From: Octopus bimaculoides | Lineage: Eukaryota | Length of the DNA stretch: 64,000 nucleotides | Assembly (NCBI RefSeq): GCF_001194135.2 | Contig: NC_068991.1 | Coordinates: forward strand, 59,923,528-59,987,527 | Direction: 5' to 3' | Shown here: positions 60,505 to 64,000 of the stretch, piece by piece | Position numbering within the stretch: the stretch's first letter is position 1 | Layout: the number at the start of each line of letters is the position of its first letter | The notes under the pieces: generated by a model | The model's database searches: none | What the model was told of the DNA's origin: nothing | What the model saw: only the letters and a program-made list of their open reading frames with translations | Made by a program: the position numbers and the translations under genes

Positions 60505-62284
60505 GGCCCCTACAACCACTTGACAACCAGTGTAGGTTTGTTCACATCCCTGTAACTTAGCAGTTCAGCATAAGAGACCAACAGAATAAATACAAGACTT
60601 AAAAAAAAAAATTCTAATATTGACTAGTTCAACTAAACCCTTAAAAGGCAGTGCACCAGCATGGCCACAGTCCAATGACTGAAACAAGTTAGAAGATAAA
60701 GATTCATTAAGAATGGGTTGAGGTATTACAATTTGCCTCAAATGTTAAGAAAATTCTTCAGGGCTCGGGAATCTAGCACAAGATGAGGGAAGAGAGGTGT
60801 GTCTGTGCAGAGAAGGAACAATGAAACATGAATTTACAAATTCATAGGTCATGATTACACTGTATAGTAACATTAATTAAAATGCATTGATGCAATAATT
60901 AGCCAGGTAATAGGTGTAGATGTAACTGTGTGCATGAGAAGGATGCTTCCAAATTATGCGGTCTCATGTTCAGTCCCACTGTTCAGCACCTTGAGCAAAT
61001 GTCTTCTGCTCTATCCTTGGACTGACCAAAACTTTGTGAGTGGATTTGGTAGATGGAAACTAAAAGGATCCCATCATGCATCTGTGTGTGTGTGAGAGAG
61101 AGAGAGAGAGAGGCTGCCCAATGATTGGAATTGACGTAGTTATATGTAATTCTTAATTACATTTGTTGCAACACTACATGGAATACACATTTCATGAATA
61201 TAAATGAATCCATCATCATCATCATTGTTTAACATCTGTTTTCCATACTGGTTAGGGCTGGATGGTTTGACAGGAGCTGGTAAGCTGGAGAGCTGTACCA
61301 GGCTCAAATTGTCAGTTTTAGCATTATTTCTATGGTTGGATGCCCTTCCTAATGCCAACTGCTTTATAGTGTGTACCAGGTGCTTCTGGAATTTCAGTTT
61401 GTATGGATAGATTATTCTTTAAGATAAACAATATACAGATATACACTATGTTAGCTGGTTTTATATGTATGTATTTATGTGTGTGTACTGTTGTCTACAC
61501 ATCATGTGATGGCTATAAATGAGCCTCGTCATACAAGCAATATCTTTTTCCAGTGTTCCATGGAAAACATGTTTAGTCATGAGAAATATTACCTTATTTT
61601 GAAACAGGTGAAGGATGGTGATACAAAGGACATCCAACTATAGAAAATCTGCCTCAACAAATTTCATCTGACTCATGCAAGCATGGAAAAGTGGATGTTA
61701 AATGATGAAAATGAAGATGATGTAATCATGGTGCTTGAAATAGCCTTAGGGATGCAATAATATTTCATTTCTGTCTCGGGCTTAAGGAGAAAATTATTTT
61801 CTCAAATGGACTTTTAGATAATGTTAACAGGGATCAGTTTCAAATTTTAATATTGATGAGGAGTGCAGCACTCTTGCTTAACATGGTCACTAAACATGCT
61901 AGAAATAGCAGTGAAACTATGAGTCAGGGAAGTCACTCGATCTGCAAGAAATAACAGCACATGACCAGCCATATCCATTTCACCAGTCTCCTCTTACTCC
62001 TTAATAATAATTTTTTAAAAATCAATATTGCTGCTACTGCCATCATCTTCTTCATCACCATTTTAATGTTTGCTTTTGATCTATGGCATGGGTTGGGTAG
62101 GTCATTTTGAGGCAGTATTTTATGGCAGGATGCTCTTCCAGATGCCAACTCTTATATTTTATGACACAAAGGAAAAAAAGGGGAAACCAATTAGGAGACA
62201 AGATGGAAGAACAAAACATGAAAATAAGGGAAAAACCTATTTTGAATATGCAAGGTGCATTTGTAAAACTAGGTATTAACTCAC

Positions 62285-62376
62285 AGTATGGTACAGCTGC
62301 ATGGGAATCTTACATTCGGCTGAATCTCTCAATAGTTGGTAACTCATGTTGTATATGGTTGATAGGAGGCATTCAT
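62285..62376 (-). CDS. ATRIP: ATRIP coding exon, 92 nt
   Basis: tttccag|at (D)ECLLSTIYNMSYQLLRDSAECKIPMQLYHT|gtgagt; phases 1/0 join both neighbours; parallels EGCLLLLLYMY. Confidence 0.82.
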
Positions 62377-62802
62377 CTGGAAACAGAAAAGTTGTATAGA
62401 GTTAAGTCAGCCATTGTCAGAGTCAGTCAGTCAGCTGCCATCGCTGTCCATTTTCCATGTTTGCATGGGTTGGACAAAGTTCACTGAAGCAGATTTTCTG
62501 TGGCTGGATACCCTTCCTGTCACTAACCCTTACCTGTTTCCAAGCAAAGTAATATGTTCCCTATGGTCAGATAAATTTCTGCTGAATAAAGCACTCAGTC
62601 CACTCTGTGGGGTGGTTGGTGTTAGGAAGGGCAACCAACCATAAAAACCATGCTAAAACAGACACTGAAGTGTGGTGCAATCTTCTACAGCTCATGTCAA
62701 ACTGGCCAACCCATGCCAGCATGGAAAGCAGACGTTAAATGATGATAATGATGAATAAACACTGCTTGTATGACTGACAATCACTTACAAGTATTACACA
62801 AT

Positions 62803-63000
62803 CTTTTCTACCCTAGGTACAAGGCCTGAAATTTTTTTTTAGATCGACCCCAGTATGCAACTGGTACTTAATTTATCAACCCCAAAAGGATGAAAAGCAA
62901 AGTTGACTTCAGCAGAAGTTGAACTTGGAACGTAAAGACAGACGAAATACCGCTAAGCATTTTGCCCGGCATGCTAACGTTTCTGCCAGCTCGCTGCCTT
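62803..63000 (-). mobile_element. Young family-C SINE with a perfect 14-bp TSD
   Basis: aagtattacacaat at 62789-802 and 63001-14; CpGs intact. Confidence 0.88.
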
Positions 63001-63314
63001 AAGTATTACACAATGTCAGGATAAGGAAACACTGAGACACATATGCATGCACACACACAAACACACATATATGATGAGCTTCTTTTAATTTCCATCAATC
63101 AAATTCATTCACAAGGCTTTGGTTGGCCCAGTATTGTATAATAGAAGACCTTGCTCAAAAGTGCCGTGCTGTGTGACTGAACCCAAGACCACATGGTTGG
63201 GAAGCAAGCTTCTTGCCCACACAGCCACACTTGCACCTCCACCCAATACAAACAGTGATTAAATAGCAAAAAAGGGGAGCATGACAACAAGGGACAAAAA
63301 ACAAATAAACATAC

Positions 63315-63463
63315 CGGTATTGTTGTTGGAGCACACTTGACTGATAATCTGTTGTGAATGACAGAGGTTGAGGAAAAGTTGCAACCCAGCTAGTTGTACC
63401 TCAAAGCATTGTTCATAGACCAAACAGTTTTTAATAATCCCACTGGAAACAGCTGGAAGAAAC
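63315..63463 (-). CDS. ATRIP: ATRIP coding exon, 149 nt (further upstream exons lie beyond the window)
   Basis: ttctcag|g FLPAVSSGIIKNCLVYEQCFEVQLAGLQLFLNLCHSQQIISQVCSNNNT g|gtatgt parallels RFQ..FQVLPKCL......V.LAVELLSLL....QL..QLCS. Confidence 0.82.
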
Positions 63464-63502
63464 CTGAGAAAGCAAGTAACCAAATATAGAAAAATGAAGA
63501 AT

Positions 63503-63533
<31 letters not shown>

Positions 63534-63564
63534 GGGCTGAGGACTTGATGGGGGTACTTGGGTT

Positions 63565-63830
63565 GGAGGAATCGGTGGAACAGCTTCAAAACAACTGCCC
63601 CTGAGGTTCTCCTTCAGTTTGGGGAACAACCAAGAGTCACAGGGAGCAATGCTGGACTGTAGGGAGGGTGAGGGATAGTTTTAATGTCCATCTCTGTTGA
63701 GTGACTGATTACCAGGAAGCGAGTCATTGAGCATCATAGGAACATACTTTGCACAAATTTTATGCATGTTCAGATCTTCATGAATAATTCTGTGTTCTTA
63801 ATACAGTCCATATATTGTGAAGTATACTTA
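63565..63830 (-). mobile_element. Internally deleted mariner transposase relic
   Basis: HRIIHEDLNMHKICAKYVPMML joined to IKTIPHPPYSP..APCDSWLFPKLKENLRG (YSPDL region). Confidence 0.75.
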
Positions 63831-63860
63831 AAAATACACTTTATAAGAAAATTTAACTTT

Positions 63861-64000
63861 CATCATCATCATCATCATCGTTTAACGTCCGCTCTCCATG
63901 CTAGCATGGGTTGGACGATTTGACTGAGGACTGGTGAAACCGGATGGCAACACCAGGCTCCAGTCTGATTTGGCAGAGTTTCTACAGCTGGATGCCCTTC
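63861..64000 (-). mobile_element. Young RTE-type tail (family B), truncated by the window end
   Basis: (CAT)n-cgtttaacgtccgctctccatgctagcatggg... Confidence 0.75.

Noticed and set aside
62107-62487. 126-aa plus-strand ORF
   Set aside because: Antisense to an ATRIP exon and runs into SINE sequence; no recognisable domain.

Overview
Eukaryotic nuclear DNA: AT-rich, microsatellite-dense, with seven N gaps. The SINE/RTE repeat landscape looks like an octopus (coleoid cephalopod) draft assembly; this is inferred, not proven. Four spliced protein genes can be built by hand. (1) A giant C2H2 zinc-finger gene on + (two coding exons, 16353-19260 and 25950-31918, 2958 aa) whose last four fingers resemble the ZFP91/ZNF692/ZNF653 family. 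(2) TRMT10C on - (three coding exons, 382 aa). (3) TXNL4B on + (last two coding exons; the first is probably in an N gap). (4) The last five exons of ATRIP on -. Layout: ZNF> <TRMT10C | TXNL4B> <ATRIP. The rest is SINEs, RTE tails, MITEs (piggyBac-, hAT-, Merlin- and mariner-like), and decayed Helitron, RTE, CR1/Jockey, Dong/R4, hAT and mariner relics. The most striking unexplained structure is a type I hammerhead ribozyme fold at 10842-10905. It closes a 308-nt unit whose direct repeat starts exactly at the predicted cleavage site, i.e. a retrozyme-like element. A second, decayed hammerhead lies in the zinc-finger gene intron. All alignments and counts were done by eye and family assignments come from recalled consensus motifs; no searches were run.
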